In this document: positions 12,372 to 26,970 of the stretch, piece by piece
Numbering within the stretch: the stretch's first letter is position 1
Layout: the number at the start of each line of letters is the position of its first letter
Source of the DNA: Schmidtea polychroa
Lineage: Eukaryota
NCBI GenBank assembly: GCA_044892525.1
Contig: CM097887.1
Coordinates: 18,662,001-18,726,000 of the forward strand
Reading direction: 5' to 3'
DNA: 64,000 bases
Position numbers and translations under genes: made by a program
Notes under the pieces: generated by a model
The model's database searches: none
The model's input: only the letters and a program-made list of their open reading frames with translations
Told to the model about the DNA's origin: nothing

Positions 12372-14017
12372 TTCTGTTATCAAATAGGCACAATTAAAGG
12401 TGATGGCAATTTCAATTTTTCTCTAAATCCAAAATTTCGTCTTTTATAGTTTATTCGTTCAACTAAGTTGCAAAATAATGGTTTGATCAATTTGTTAATT
12501 GTCTTATCATAATTTACGTTATAAATTGAAGGGTAATTCGATTATGGATTTTTCAAATTCAAAAATATATTAACTCAAATTAGGATAATAAATTTCTACT
12601 TCTACCTCACCCTGGAAAAATCCGGGTGCTAATCCGTTATGTAATTTGTAAATTTTATCATTTAATCTTTCTACCATTATTAAATTATTGCCACAATTAA
12701 TTTACTAAAATCACTGCTAAACATATGTACCAAATTATTACTTTAAGAGCAAATTTCCAAAAATCTAACTTTGTTTGTCTGTATTAATTATTTTTTCTGT
12801 GTTCCTTTTTTGATAATCATTCACTTTCAATTTTATAGTATTTTCAACATAATTAAAGTTCTAAGATTAATACTGCTTAATTACTGAACTAACCAGCTCC
12901 ATCGGTGCTGGGTGAGCGGTTGGAACTTTAGTTTCACACCTCATCCTCACTTAGACCGGGTTGTCATATTCGGTGTGGTCGTTTTTTGTTTTTATTCTAA
13001 TTCTAGGTCACTTTGATCCATTCCCAGAAGAATATCGATGCAAACATTTTGACGATGTTGGAATCGGTTAATAACTCTTACCTATCCGAAATCGTGGATT
13101 TATGTTTAGTTCTACACGGAGCCGTAAGAATGAGTTCTTATCGGTGGCTTTCATTTGTTAATCTCAGATTAAAGAAGATTAGTACCCTGCTAATATTTAC
13201 GCGCTATCGTTGGGATTTTATTTCTCTGCTCGTGGTTAAACTAATGGAATTTAATTCGGAAGTTATGATTTGTGAACTGGACGGTATAATTTGATCCGAG
13301 GGTTTGTTAGTGCCCCGCTATTATGCTCTTGTTTTCCTTAATTGAATTTCTACATTATTGTGGTTTTGGGTGGTTAAGTTTTGGTTTATTAGTTCGCTTC
13401 AAATTTGAAACTTGAATTGGAGTAATTTATCACGATTGATTGTGCACTAAATGATTAGATACGTAATTTCTATTTTGTTACTTTTATGATTGTAATTAAT
13501 TTAAATGTTTAATTAATACTTGATTTTTTTCTGAATATCATTTAACTCTCTACTTCCCGATTTCATCGATTAAGATTTTGTATTTCTACTGCCCAAGCAC
13601 TTGTTTCATTTAGGGGGCTAACATGTAAGAAAGGGAAGAAGTAGATCTGGAAAAATATAATGTAAATTATCTGGTGATTCACACCGCCTATAGTGATTGG
13701 TTGATCACATGGGAACTAGTTTGTTAATATCCAAATAAAATGTTTTCTTTTTGTCGACATTTCTCTGCAGAAATATGGAGTAGTGTTACTAAAATTAGAA
13801 GTTAGTATTTTCGATGTTTCTATTGGAAGATAGGGTCGCTGAAATCCAATTTAGGTTAGGGGAATTCCAAAATCGATAATTTTAATTTTATAAAGTAGAG
13901 CTAATTATTTAAAGGGTATAAATAAAGTTACTGGAAGCGATTGGGTGGGAAATAAAAAACGTAAAGCGGTAATCATAATATAAAAGGAGTGGTGACATGA
14001 GTGGTAATAATATTAAC

Positions 14018-14073
<56 letters not shown>
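14018..14073. repeat. (AAT)n microsatellite inside M1
   Basis: Perfect trinucleotide run; a degenerate counterpart lies in M2 at about 44720-44825. Confidence 0.95.
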
Positions 14074-14075
<2 letters not shown>

Positions 14076-14700
14076 TGGTATTTTTATAAGATTATCACAC
14101 ATAAACAGCTGGGGGGTTCTTTAAAATTACAAATGAAACTTAATTTAATGCTCAATGAAGGTAATCTGATCTGGTAAAGTTAGCAGCTACAAGATTTGGG
14201 GAGGGGGGGGGGGGGTTATCTAGGAATAATTTCTAAGGTATAACTTCAAATATGATATAAGTCAGTTATATATTAAACCAAATTAATTTAGGGTATTTAT
14301 GGAATGGTTGGTGATTATATAGCTTTAGGGGGTGAGGTCATTTACAAAATTTTCAATTTATGATTTTTTATATATAATGTACGTTTTAGCTTTAGACATG
14401 AGAAAGATCGGGAAATTATATTTTGGGTATTAATGAGTTATTATTTAGGGATAATATATAAATTATACCATACTATAAATTTATAAGTTATCATTTGCGA
14501 ACGATACATACTTATGAGTTATAATTTTAAGTGGTATACGGATTTATAATTTATAAGTAATAAGCAGATATAAATTCTAATATAAAATTATAGTTTATAA
14601 TTTAGAAACTTTATTCATTTATACATTATATTTTCAACATAATATAAAGATATATTTTATAGTTTGGGAGTATTATACATTGATAAAATATACTTCTAAA

Positions 14701-14870
14701 CAACGTTCCCTCTAAGCTGCGCGCGTGCGCGCGCAGCAAAATTATTTTCAGTACAGTATATTTCAATCTTACAACCACGTTATAGCATTTTGACGCTCAT
14801 TTGTATTTAAAGGCTGCTCAGCGCAGCTGACTTTGCGCGCACTGCTGCTTATGGCTTAGAGGGAACATTG
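14701..14870. mobile_element. hAT-type MITE (170 bp) nested in M1
   Basis: TIR CAACGTTCCCTCTAAGC / GCTTAGAGGGAACATTG; 8-bp TSD CTTCTAAA. Confidence 0.9.
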
Positions 14871-17800
14871 CTTCTAAATATATTATAATGATATTTATTA
14901 CAATTTGCGAACACTATACATTTACAAGTTATCCTTTAAGGATAATATAAAATTATATTTTATAATTCGTAATTTATAAATAAGTTATATTTTATAATCT
15001 GAAATTATAATCTATAACTAAAATTATACTATAATTATTATAGTTGAACATTTATAATTTATATTTTCCAAATAAGTTATATTGTATAATTTGAAATTAT
15101 AGTTGAAAACTAAAATTATACTTTGTGATTAATATTTTATAGGTAAGTTCTTTTATACAATTTGAAATTATAGTTTGAAATCTAAATTACACTTCACAGG
15201 TTACCATTTATATTTTATGAATAAGGTATATTTTATAATTTGTAATTTATATTTTTGAAATTATAGTTGATCATCAACGTTATACTTTATAATTCACCAG
15301 TCATGTTTTAGGAATGAGTTATATTTGATACTTCACGAACTTATGATTTATATTTTTACAGAGGATGCTAAATATAATGTATAATTTATGAGTAGTATAA
15401 ATATATAATTTATATACATAGGTAATACAGCTTGTAATTTGAATTCATAATTTTTAATTTGTAAGTAATGTGAATTTATAGTCTATGCCTTCGTGGGTAA
15501 TTTTAAGATACTGGTTATAATAAGATTTTAATTTATTCATGAAAATATTAAGAATTTACACTTTCGAGTCTTTAAATTTTAGATAATCTCAATCGATAAG
15601 TAAACTCTACCGATACGTATGTTGACTATGTTGTCTCATTACATTAATTGAAAGTTCTTTGGGTTACTTGATTATGAGAAAAGTTATTCAGAAAACTAAT
15701 TTCGACAGCCCTATCGGTAGAAGTTACTTCTAGGAAGTTTAACCGTCTAAATTGAGTGTAACTTATAAACTGTGGTTAAGTTAGGTCTGAGATCTACTCC
15801 GATTATTGTTCTAATGTTATTTGTATTATAGTGATTTTTAATGTCGATTTTGATTGTGTTATGCATTGAAATCGGGAAGAGTTCTTGCTTTCGCGGCCCC
15901 ACTGTGACCACTACGACAAGCCTTACTGCTGTGTTAAGTCAACCTTTTACGGCTGACCTGTAATAAATAAGTAGAGTCAGGCGGAGGGGTCTTATCGACT
16001 CAACTCCATGGCAGAACCATGAAGTGGTGCGACCTTTGAAAGACCTGAACAAAAAAAGGAAGGTATAATACAAATAATGCGTGCTGGTGCCTGCAGTTCT
16101 ATAAATTTAACACATGGCTGAATGTAGGACTGAATAGAGACGCAGGTGCATCAATGCGTCGCTGATCACTCGTACATTCAATAAAAAAATAAAAAGGGTT
16201 AAATTGAAACATAAATAATAATATTATTAAATATCAATAAATGAAATACCAAAGCTTACTATCGAATAAAATTAAAATTTTTCTCAAGAAAATAATTTGG
16301 CATAAAGAGTGTTTTGCGACTAAAATGCGTTGGTATATATACCTATTTTTGTGTGTGCAAGTACGTGTGTATGTATTGATGCATTAAAACAAACTCGAAT
16401 TCTTTTTATTCTAGAATTTTCTATTTTTGATATTTTTAATGGCAATTTTAGTGCCATAATTTTTGTTTTTATTTTTAAATTTTTATTTTCTAATTATTTT
16501 TTGCTAAATTTACCTCCATGATGGATTTGGAACGGTTCCAGAACATTCCATATTAATTTTAGATTAATTTTTATTTTAATGATGTTTTCTTAATTTCTTT
16601 TTTCAAATTTTTATTTTTTCAACTAAGTTATTTACTTTTGTTAACTTCTATTGATCTATGTGGCTTTTATGATGGTTGTCACCATTCTTAGGAAATGTTC
16701 TGGGATTTTTCTAGAATTTTTAATGTTTTACCATCTTTCTAAGCTATTCGAGTCTGTTTTTTTGTAATTTGTGTTTCTTTGCTATTTTTGAGTTAGTTTC
16801 TTGCACTACTTCTTGCATTGATGTCATTTTATTTAATTTCTGTGTTTATATTTTTGTTGTTTTTCCTCTTAATTAATATTGTTTATTTGATGTATTTTTT
16901 TTATATTTAACTGAACTTATTGCTATTTGCGTGCTATGTACCCACGCACCTTAGTCACAAATTAGAGTTTTTGGGTCTAGAAATCAGTTCTAACCCAACA
17001 AAAATAATAAAATCATTCCAGAAAGCCAATTTGACATTGAAACTGTAACAATTACTTTTAATAAAATGTAAACATGGAAAATTTTTTTAATTTTTGAAAA
17101 TAAGGAAATTCTAAATTCCACAAAACATTGGAAAAGATGCTTCAAATCATACATTTTATGAGAGAAAGTCGGAATAATTTTTGGGATTTAGTCTAGCAAG
17201 GCCATAATAAAAATAAAAATCACAAAAATTTAAAGAAAATGCATATGTTATGATGGAAAAGGTAAGGCCAATGATGAGACGAATCATCGAGGGGTCACTA
17301 TAATGAAATATTTGAAGAAAATTGCAAATTAATTACCTAAAGGAAAAGTCGGTTAAATCATTGTCAACAAAATTATTAAATGAGTGCCAAGTGAATTGGG
17401 GAAAACTCGAGATAAAAATGAAGTCGATTTTGATTAAAAATTGCCAAGATCTCCAAATAGACAGTAAATTAGTTTAATACAGAAAACACGAGGAGAGAGG
17501 CAAAATTGATTACAAATTGATTTAATTACAAGAACGATATAAAAAGACGAGACAAGTTAGTAAAATTATCAATTGGTCGAAGACAATTTTAAGAAGTTAA
17601 TTCATAAGGTGATTGATAACGTACCAAAGAAAGATCTATCCTAGCCCGAAAGATAAAAGTGTTTTGAGATGTAAAGATTAAGTGTTAATAAAATTGTGTG
17701 GATATAAAGTTTTGTAAACAATTGTGGTAATTTGTTTATAAGTGAGAATTATGAGTGTAGAGATACTAAACTAATTTGCATAAAGTTTTTGTTGAAAACG

Positions 17801-18464
17801 ACATTGAAAAATTTGCTTCAGCAGTCAATGTCTACACGAAAGCATGTGAACTTGATCTGCCGATTGTACTGAGATTGTTGATGAGCTCGCATATGGGCAC
17901 GTCGACTCCAGAAAGGTATGATGTAAAATGATTGGAATATTTATCAGGAACAACTTTGACCATTAACTTCTTTGGCAATCGAAGACGGATGGGTGAGTCC
18001 AGCTAATAAGGAAAATTTCTATGGTTGAATCAAGGTCATCAACAGAGATTTCGACTTGAAAGACAAAGGTTTCAGCTTCTCGAATGATTGGCATTTGTTT
18101 TATAAAGATTTTTGATATGGATTAGTGATAGAAATGGCGAAAGATGTATGAATTGTTAATAATGCTTTTCTTTAAAAATGTTTTTTTTCAATATTTAAAC
18201 AATCATTTTTATTTAATTAATTTAATAATATATTTAATTATTATACAACATCGAAATTAAAGTCTCGGAAAATTTGTTTAAAAATATTATTATGAAATAA
18301 ATTTTTATACTTGGAATAGGAGTGTTTGCTTCTAACCACATTTCATACGGTTCAAATCATCAAGCTTTCTTTTGAATCAAATAATCACTTTATAAATTAA
18401 AAACATTTTTTTATGAATTTAAAATTCCAATATTCCACTTTTATGAACTAGAGGTTGTTAAAAT

Positions 18465-18791
18465 TTAATTTTTTGTCAGTCTATTGGGATTAAATGGCTC
18501 CAGATCAAGTAGATCGCATTTTCCAGTCGTTATCAATTCGGCAATTATATATCCAGTTCCGGTTGAATTGAGAATACCCCAACAACTGTGACCAGTAGCG
18601 ATATATGCACCTTCAATCGGATCAATTTTACCAATTACAGGAACACCATCAGAAGATAATGGCAATAAACAAGCCTGTTCGGTAAGAATTTCTGATGCTT
18701 CAAGATTCGAACAAGCCGAATAAGCCACTTCACGCAATTGGCTGCATTTCCAGCGTTCAACTTTCACATCTTGAGCTTTTTCTGGAAGTTC
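18465..18791 (-). CDS. FAD-dependent oxidoreductase (DAO family, TDA3-like), exon 4 of 4
   Basis: Acceptor ttatag|GAACTT; ELPEKAQDV..EQACLLPLSSDGVPVIG..ATGHSCWGILNSTGTG; stop at 18465. Confidence 0.9.
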   Translation of the reverse strand, partial: ELPEKAQDVKVERWKCSQLREVAYSACSNLEASEILTEQACLLPLSSDGVPVIGKIDPIEGAYIATGHSCWGILNSTGTGYIIAELITTGKCDLLDLEPFNPNRLTKN

Positions 18792-18959
18792 CTATAATTT
18801 ATATTTTTGAGAGGAATCTTTATCTAATACAGTGTCAGGTAACAAGAATCGAATATTATATAAGGAATGATTTTAAATTGCAATTTTTCGGACCCAGGTG
18901 GACAAAAAAGCCACGATGAGAAAAGCGAAATGAGAACAAGATTGCATCAAAATCTATAG

Positions 18960-19130
18960 TTTAAAAAAGCGAAATTATGCGGATGAATACATCAAATATT
19001 GCTTTATTTCTTCTGAGAAATACAAATTACTTAATTTCACTATGAAACCGATCAAGCTAAAAAGACATCTTGAGACAAAACATTTAGAGTATAAGAAAAA
19101 AACGATATTTTCTTTCAGGCTGTACGATAA
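18960..19130 (+). mobile_element. Buster/Charlie-type hAT transposase remnant in intron 3
   Basis: KKRNYADEYIKY..MKPIKLKRHLETKH matches the ZBED5/SCAND3-like BED region. Confidence 0.65.
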
Positions 19131-19989
19131 AGTGTTCCAAAACAATAGAAAAGACTGAAAAGTTTGCGAGTTAAAAAACACTGAGTGTTCAAAATTAAAT
19201 TCGAACTAATTAAGTTTTGAGGGACCATTTGACGTTTATGGGTTTGTAAATAAGCCTCCTTAGCTTGTTTTTATAAGGTGTTAGTATTAAGAATTTCTTT
19301 TATTTTATATCAACTGCATTTAAGAATTTAAAGTTTGGTTTTTTTTCTAATGTATAATGGAAGAATGTAATGAATAAGAATAAAAGGAGGAAAGGCAGTG
19401 TAGAATATTTATCACACAAAACTAAGAATACTAAATAATCAAGAAAATATGCAATTTTCATTCAGAAACTCTTAATCTATAAGGCGATAAAATATCTATG
19501 TAACATTTTAGAAGATAAACTCCCTGAATTTTACTAATAAATAAACTCTTCCAATTCCTAAGAACTAAATAATTACTATAGTATTCACATTGCTTCACGC
19601 AAGTAAAATGCAAATTTCTGTTTGAGAACTGATATCAATCCGTAATTTCTCACTTTCTTTGAAAACCCATCATCAATATCCAATAACGTCGACAAGATGT
19701 ACCAAAGATATGCCTGTCATAGTCGATTCTTAACAAGAGTGTTGTCCGACATTGAAACCCGTGTTTATTGTTCGTGAATAGTGTAATGTGATTAATAACA
19801 ACACTTTTTACTGTTAAGAACAGGTTAGATAAACTACTTAGACGGGAATTTAATTTTCAATATCTAATTTTAAGTATTTCTATTATAATGAAAACACAAT
19901 ACTAATCCGAAATCCAAACTACCATAAATCCAGAACATTTGTATTAATAATGATATATATGTTAGGACCAGTCAGGGGGCAGGGGGGGA

Positions 19990-20290
19990 TGACTTCTACC
20001 TCTGACTGGCTGTGAGAATTTTTGGTAGTTATTATTACGTCTGTGTGCACGTGGGTTTTTGAATTGTTCTCTTGTTGGTGTGCACACACAGACGCGAGGA
20101 ATAGGTCATTTATATTTTTTAATTTTATGTGAATTGATTTTCTGTGGTAAATTGTGGATTTAGAGTTTTCGAGGTGTTTTGTTTAAAAGAGATTTCGATT
20201 TAAATATAAAGTTCCTTCAGATGTTAAATGTGAAAAACGTTTGATGACAAGTGATCTAGATCCTATTATTAGAATACAGCTTTTTGTAAA
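19990..20290 (+). repeat. Dispersed repeat with CAGACGCGAG motif, related to 50590-50900
   Basis: Shared GTGTGC(A/G)CACACAGACGCGAG followed by a similar T-rich tract. Confidence 0.5.
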
Positions 20291-20638
20291 TGATTTGATT
20301 TAAATTAAAGTTTCAATGTATTCTCTTTCNNNNNNNNNNNNNNNNNNNNNNNNNNNNNNNNNNNNNNNNNNNNNNNNNNNNNNNNNNNNNNNNNNNNNNN
20401 NNNNNNNNNNNNNNNNNNNNNNNNNNNNNNNNNNNNNNNNNNNNNNNNNNNNNNNNNNNNNNNNNNNNNNNNNNNNNNNNNNNNNNCAGTCATGGCATCG
20501 AATGTTGGATTGACGTAATATCAATATCAGGTGATTATTGATGTGAAAGAAAGATAAACAATGCAATTTGTTGCCAAAAATTTATTTTGATATTGAAATT
20601 GAAATTTTTTTTGAAACCAACTATTATTTTTATATGTA

Positions 20639-21313
20639 CACCAATACCTCGGTTTGCATGGGTCTTGTTTTGTGTTAATTCATTTTTTGTGATCTTGCGG
20701 TAAACAAAATAAAATTTCAAAATTTCAAACGCGATGTGAATATGGCTTAATTTTAGTTAAAAATTGGTTTTAATCGACACAAACTTCATTCGAAAACCAA
20801 ACAAAAAACCCCATTCAAACGCAAATGTCATTTCGTTAGTCGTTAATAGCTTTTTCTCTGAATTTAATATAATTGTTAGATTTTACATATAGCTAAATTA
20901 ATAATAAATGTGGTTTATAATAAAATATAATATCAAATAATTTGTGTTATTCACGTCATTCTTGATAAAGTAATATTTTTGATTTTTAGTTCATATTTTT
21001 AATAATTTTGTTAATCTGCCAATTTCAAATTATATGGATGTTTCAAGCAAGTCGGGTGTTTTAGGGAATACGATTTCGACTGAAGATGAGACAATATAAA
21101 TTTCAGAATTTCTTTATATGAAATGTGATTTAAACAGATTGAATTGAAATATTTTCTAATTATCTATTTTAAAAATAAATACTGTAAGTTCATTAATATC
21201 TATATATTATAAGTTTAAAAATTAAAATTTTTGGTTTGTGTATTTATAAGGAAAATTGTGTTTTCATTATGTTTTTCTGGTCCTAATTAATCATGCAAAC
21301 CGAGGTATTGGTG
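20639..21313. mobile_element. Tc1/mariner-type MITE
   Basis: 22-bp perfect TIR CACCAATACCTCGGTTTGCATG; TA on both flanks. Confidence 0.8.
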
Positions 21314-22524
21314 TATTTATTTGCTCGATTAGTCCGGTTTCAAACAGTTCTGGATATAAGTGGAATTAGGACTATGTGAGGTAATAATTTATTATTATAT
21401 GTATTTATTAAAATAAATTATATGTTAAACTCATAATGCATGAATCATTCCATTGAGAAAATAAGTGATCTTGTTTCATGAATCAAAATATAGCAATACA
21501 AAATTACAATCATAACGTGACAATTAGAGACTGGTGGCAATAAAACGGTCAGAACTGCATTTTAACTGTTAAAATATTTGAAAAAATAATCATGGAAAAT
21601 TGTTATAAAAATTCATTAAAATATTTATAAAAAATAAATTTGTTTAAATATATATTCTGATTTCTAGAACTTTCAAAAATTCAAAAATATTTGAATCTGG
21701 TTCTAAAATTATTTATTCATTCTCCTATAAAAATCGATAAAAGGGTATGCGATTCCAGAATTCTGAGAACCAATAGTGAGGGAATCAAGGTAAAATGAAA
21801 AGGAAATGGCAAAGAATCGATAAAAGGTCATTCTTAATTAACAAGTACAAATTGAAATGGTAAAACAAAAACAGATTAGAAAATAAAATGACCTTATCTC
21901 GAAAACTTGGCCGAGATAGGGAATGGACCACCTGGGTTGTGCACTAGGTATCACATAAATTATCCACAATCAAAAATTAACTAAATGTTAGAAAATGTTA
22001 ACCTAATTATAATACGCATGCATAATTATTATAAAGATTTTAATTTGATCAATATTTCAATCAATATTTAAATATTCCAATTAAAAATTTTTATTCTTCA
22101 AAACGCTGCAGTTATACGACTGGTTTTAAATTGAAAATGATTGAAACGGCTGAATGTATTAGAAATGGACGAGCATCTCTAGAAAATGGCCTAAATAAAG
22201 CCATTTTAGATTTTGAAGAAGGAATAAAAATACTTTACAGAAGTGCGAATTTCCTAAAAAGGAGAACAAATTACCTAAATATATTCACCAAAAGCCACTT
22301 TCGACTTTTGCAATATCCACCATAGAAATTCGGTATAAGGTGTTAGATTTAACCAAGGAGTTTTATCATAATTCAATATTTAAAACCTTTTCGCGTTGGT
22401 GCCAGCTTTTCATGAAAAGGTGTTTGTTAAATGATTATAATAAACTATTTAAAGTTATTATAAAAGTTTAATTTTAAAAAATAATGAAAATTTGAAATTT
22501 CCGTGTAAAAATAAAGTGACTAAC

Positions 22525-22929
22525 TGGATCATCTCCAAATCCACAAAGATAAATCGTGCCATCAGGTCGAGGATAAATCTCAGGTGACGAAATTCCACGA
22601 TCGTTTTTAAATTGTAGAAACACACATTCAGCAGGAATGGTTACATTTTTTGGAACTTTCATAACAACACTGTGTGCTCTATGTCCATTTATATTTGGGA
22701 AAGAGTTTTTGGGAAACCATTTCAATGCATTTTTGGACCATGGGCCCATCGCAATTACAACTTTATCAGTTTCAATGTTACTTCCAGACTTCAATTTAAC
22801 AGATTTAATTAAAGTACCGGAATCATTGAATTCTATTCCAACTACTGTGTCATTTAAAATTTGTGTGGCATTATTTGTCATTCTTATAGTTTCTTCCAGA
22901 AACTTTTGACACAATTTTCTTGGGTGAAC
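22525..22929 (-). CDS. FAD-dependent oxidoreductase, exon 3 of 4
   Basis: ttaag|GTTCACCCA (VHPRKL..VIAMGPWS..EIYPRPDGTIYLCG..DDP)|gttagt; phase 0 at both ends. Confidence 0.9.
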
Positions 22930-23107
22930 CTTAAGAGAAATAGATTTTAAAAAATGATTTAAGCCAATTTTGTATTGATTGAAACTATGAAAAATCGAAA
23001 ATAAAGTGTGTTGTGATATATTATGTGATGTACAATGGTAAAATAATAGATATATTTGAGGTGAATAAATACTATAGAATAAATATAGAAAACTAGATAT
23101 AGATATC

Positions 23108-23894
23108 GGAATCCCCCCCAGCAAATGATTGGCCAATTTTTAAAAATTAAATAAAAATTAAAATAATCCAAATAAAGACTACCAATTATTTAATTATAAA
23201 ATAAATTAATGTCGTTAATAATTCATTGATTTAAATTCAAGAGGCCAAATGGATTTAATTGACTTGGAAAATTTTAATGAAGATTTAATTCATTATAATA
23301 CCCAAACAACAGAGCAAACAATAACCTGTTACCAATTCATTGAATTTACCGGAGGATTAATTGTAATTTATGGACCTGATACCCTCAAGAAAAACTTCTG
23401 ACGGAGTGAGGTATCGATGTCCGAGGCCGTGCAGAAAAGAATCTTCAAAAAGAGATGCAGCAACGCTGCTACCGATCATTCAAAAGTACATTCTACCTGG
23501 TACCACTGTAGTTTCGGATTTATGGCGAGCCTATAATTGCCTAGGAGATGAAGGCGGTGAATCATTCAATTAATTTCGTCGATCCTATTACTCACGTAAA
23601 TACAGAGTTGAAAATATGTGGATGAGAGCAAAAAGAAGGAATAAAAAAGAATGCGGTACGGCTTAGGATCTTTTAGCATCTTATTTAAGTGAATTTATGT
23701 GGCGCCAGAGATTGAAAAAAACACCGTTTACTGAAATTATTAACGACATTAATTTATTTTATAATTAAATAATTGGTAGTCTTTATTTGGATTATTTTAA
23801 TTTTTATTTATTTTGAATTATTATTTTTATTTATTATTTATTTTTGCCCTCCAAAAATGGGCCAATAATTTGCTGGGGGGTGGGGGGGAATTCC
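23108..23894 (+). mobile_element. Merlin/ISXO2-like transposon, internally deleted
   Basis: Long imperfect TIRs (over 100 bp). RDAATLLPIIQKYILPGTTVVSDLWRAY, VENMWMRAK and YLSEFMWRQ are DDE_Tnp_IS1595-type motifs. No TSD seen. Confidence 0.8.
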
Positions 23895-26779
23895 GAACTT
23901 GCACCGAATAAACTTACATTAAACCTTGTAATTCCAAACATGCAACTTTCCTTTAAATTATTACAGCGTTTGATTATTTATTAGAATAAATGGGTGACAA
24001 TTTATCAATTTGTGATATTTAATTTTGTATGAATATTTAATTATCATAAATATCAAAGAGATTAGAGAAGCTTTATCCTTTATGGATCATAATAAATTTT
24101 TAAATTTCTGTAATAAATTTTTGTAAAAACTATCACGGCATGTGGGACTGCGAAGACTCAAGTTGGGGTAGGTGAAATTTCCGCATGGCTGAATAAGTTC
24201 AAGATAGTAGTCAAATATCAGAAAATCGAGAACCTGTCTTATAATTTTCGTACTGATGCTTGACCTTAATCACTTGTCTGACGAATGCAATGAGACTACG
24301 GCACATTATAAAAATTATGATCAGATGCTTTATAGATGGATGGCTTTATATTTTATGAAAAGTTCGATCCACAATATGTAATGGAGAACCAGCAGATGTT
24401 TTCCTTTCTAACTTACCGCCTGTTTATTAGATTTTGAATATGATTTATTTTTACAAATTTGGTTTGACAAGGGCTTAACTCCCTTACTCTTGGATTTCTT
24501 TTGTTCAATGTACTCTTGATTTCTTTTTTCGACAAAACTGGCACTTGACTACCAGTGTCATGTCTTTTTATACTAGTTTTAATCCTGCGATTTTTGCAAT
24601 TAAATAATTAAATTAGCCAGCAACTAAGATTTACTCAAAACAAAACTATTAAACAGGCGTCATATCGCTTTTGCTCAAAATTCTTATTTCGCTAATTCTA
24701 AAACTAATTATTTTTATAAATTTTGGAAGGAAGCCTAATCTCATTATTCTCTTATTTACAGCTCAGGTTTTCCCGGTTTCCCGGGTTTCCAACATAGCAA
24801 ATAAATTATTTATTTATTTATAATTAATTTCTAATTTTTGAATATCTTTTACAGGAATCCCAATTGATTTTATATTATTATATTATTTGTCTTATTGTTT
24901 ACTATCAATATATACCCTAACCCTAACCCAAAATTTTTAATTATTTTTTTAATTTTTATGTTTTTGCCAATTTATTGATTTGGACATTTACATTTATCTA
25001 GACTTCTAAATTTATTTTGCACTACTACAGACGAACCCCAACAATACAGGGTGCAAATATAGTTTGGAAGAATGAGAAACATTAATGATTGGTTTTTGTA
25101 AAATGTGGTTTATATTTAGATGTCTAGTCAATGACCAATTTTGTGGTTTTAAATTTTATATTTGTGAGTTATTTTTGGAAAATTTAAACCTTGATGAAAC
25201 CCATTGTCTTTATAATTATATAGTCAGGAAAGCTCATAAAACTGTTCATTTAAATTACAATATTGACCATAAATCGACAGTTGGTTTTGTTAATTAGTTT
25301 AAGATCCTGATCATTTTTATATTTTATTGAAACCAGAGACCTTTGTAATACTGATTTAATGAAGGTCGAACTGCTAGTAAAAGTTAATATTAATATGAAT
25401 TGAATTGAGTTTCACAATTTCATTTAAAAAATGATTTATTAAAAACGGCAAGTAATTGGGGAAAATATTATTGGGAATAACGACAATAATATTTTATTAA
25501 TATGGTAAAGTTGTAAAAAATTGTATGTTTTCTAGAAAACTCAAATTTTCTGTCTTTCGTCGTTTTTCCAGGATCTGGTCTTCAAAAAGTTGATCACCTT
25601 CCATAATAGGATACAATTTCAGGTCTGCTCCATTACTCCCTCTGTGAGTAATACTTATTCTTGTGTTCAGTGGTAATGTATATCTTGTTTTAATGAAGTG
25701 GTAGCCATTTCGTTTACACGGCGAAAAATTATTTGAAAAATTTTATAATATGGTCAGTAATATAAATTATAAAGAAAAATGTTAAGTTTCTCATGAGATT
25801 TCCCTCTGGTAAACCTTAGCAAATTGTGAATCAATACCGCAAATATTCGATTATATTTCTCGAGTTGAGTAAGTGCGGGATAATGGTTGTTAGGAACCCC
25901 TCAAGTCACAAGATTTACCATTCAAAGTTTATGACATGAAAATACAATCAATTACAGTAACTGTAGACATTGGTTTCCCTGTCAATTTATTAAAGTTATT
26001 TGAGAAAATTGTGTGTTATGCATTCCATTGTTCAGTAGCAGCAGACATATCAAATTCAGACATATTCATTCTAATTAAAATTATAAAATGAAGTAGACAA
26101 TTGTATTGATTATTTAAATGTAAAATTCAAATTCCAATGATCGATATATTGTTCGACATTTTTCTCTTAATTCATTTTTTAATAATGATAAATATGAGCG
26201 ATGCACCTAATTCAGGACGACTGACAATTCAGTTGGGTCGTTTTAGAAATTTTAGATTTTCTATACTGTGTTCCCGTTTCATTGAGATCAGAGAATCTCT
26301 TCTTGAGTTCGCTAATGCACGGTGTAAATTTTTTTATTTACAGGTATGGAATTTTTCAATTATTATTTATTTTTTAATTATCTATTATTCTCATCCAGTG
26401 GGAAATATCAGACGCGGGGCGTCACCGTGCAGAATGTTTCATGCATACTGTTAATGGGATGTCTATCCGTGCCTTCAATTCCAGGATCCAGATACAGTAT
26501 TCATAGGGTGTCAGAAGTACCGAAATTGATAAAGAATACGATTACTGCTCGAAAGTGGATACTCTCTTTTTATAGTATTTATTATGTATGGCATATTTGT
26601 GAGATAAAGACCGAACAAAGATGTTGAAATAAACCTCAGATATTTGTCAATCATTAAATGTTTTTTCTAGTCAATGAAATCGAACACATGTTATTCAATC
26701 AAAAAAAGTTGAGAACAAGACAATATTCAAGTATACTTAGAACTTGACTAAATAAAATACAGCTTCAATCAATAAGATT

Positions 26780-26970
26780 CTAAATAGTATCAACAAGAAA
26801 TTAACTTGGAGTGAAAAAATAATTATCAACAACCGCCAAACAAGATTCTTCGATGCATTTGAAAATATTCAATTCGGAGATAATGAAACCTTGTTTATTA
26901 GTATAGCTATTCAAAGGTACAAGATTGATTCGAATAATGATATGGCCCAAATTTGGAAAGAATTTCTCTA
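26780..26970 (+). mobile_element. Possible Penelope-like endonuclease C-terminal remnant
   Basis: ETLFISIA..SNNDMAQIWKEFL resembles PLE C-termini; weak. Confidence 0.25.

Larger units (their letters stand above)
10998..17000 (-). mobile_element. Element M1 (6003 bp)
   Basis: TGGTGGG at 10998 and CCCAACA ending at 17000; TSD AAAA/AAAA; colinear with M2 and M3. Confidence 0.9.

Noticed and set aside
22474-23136. 220-aa ORF as a standalone gene
   Set aside because: Only 22525-22929 is exon 3; the extensions are intron and Merlin TIR sequence.
24914-24929. Telomere-like ACCCTAACCCTAACCC
   Set aside because: Under three units; too short to call an interstitial telomere.
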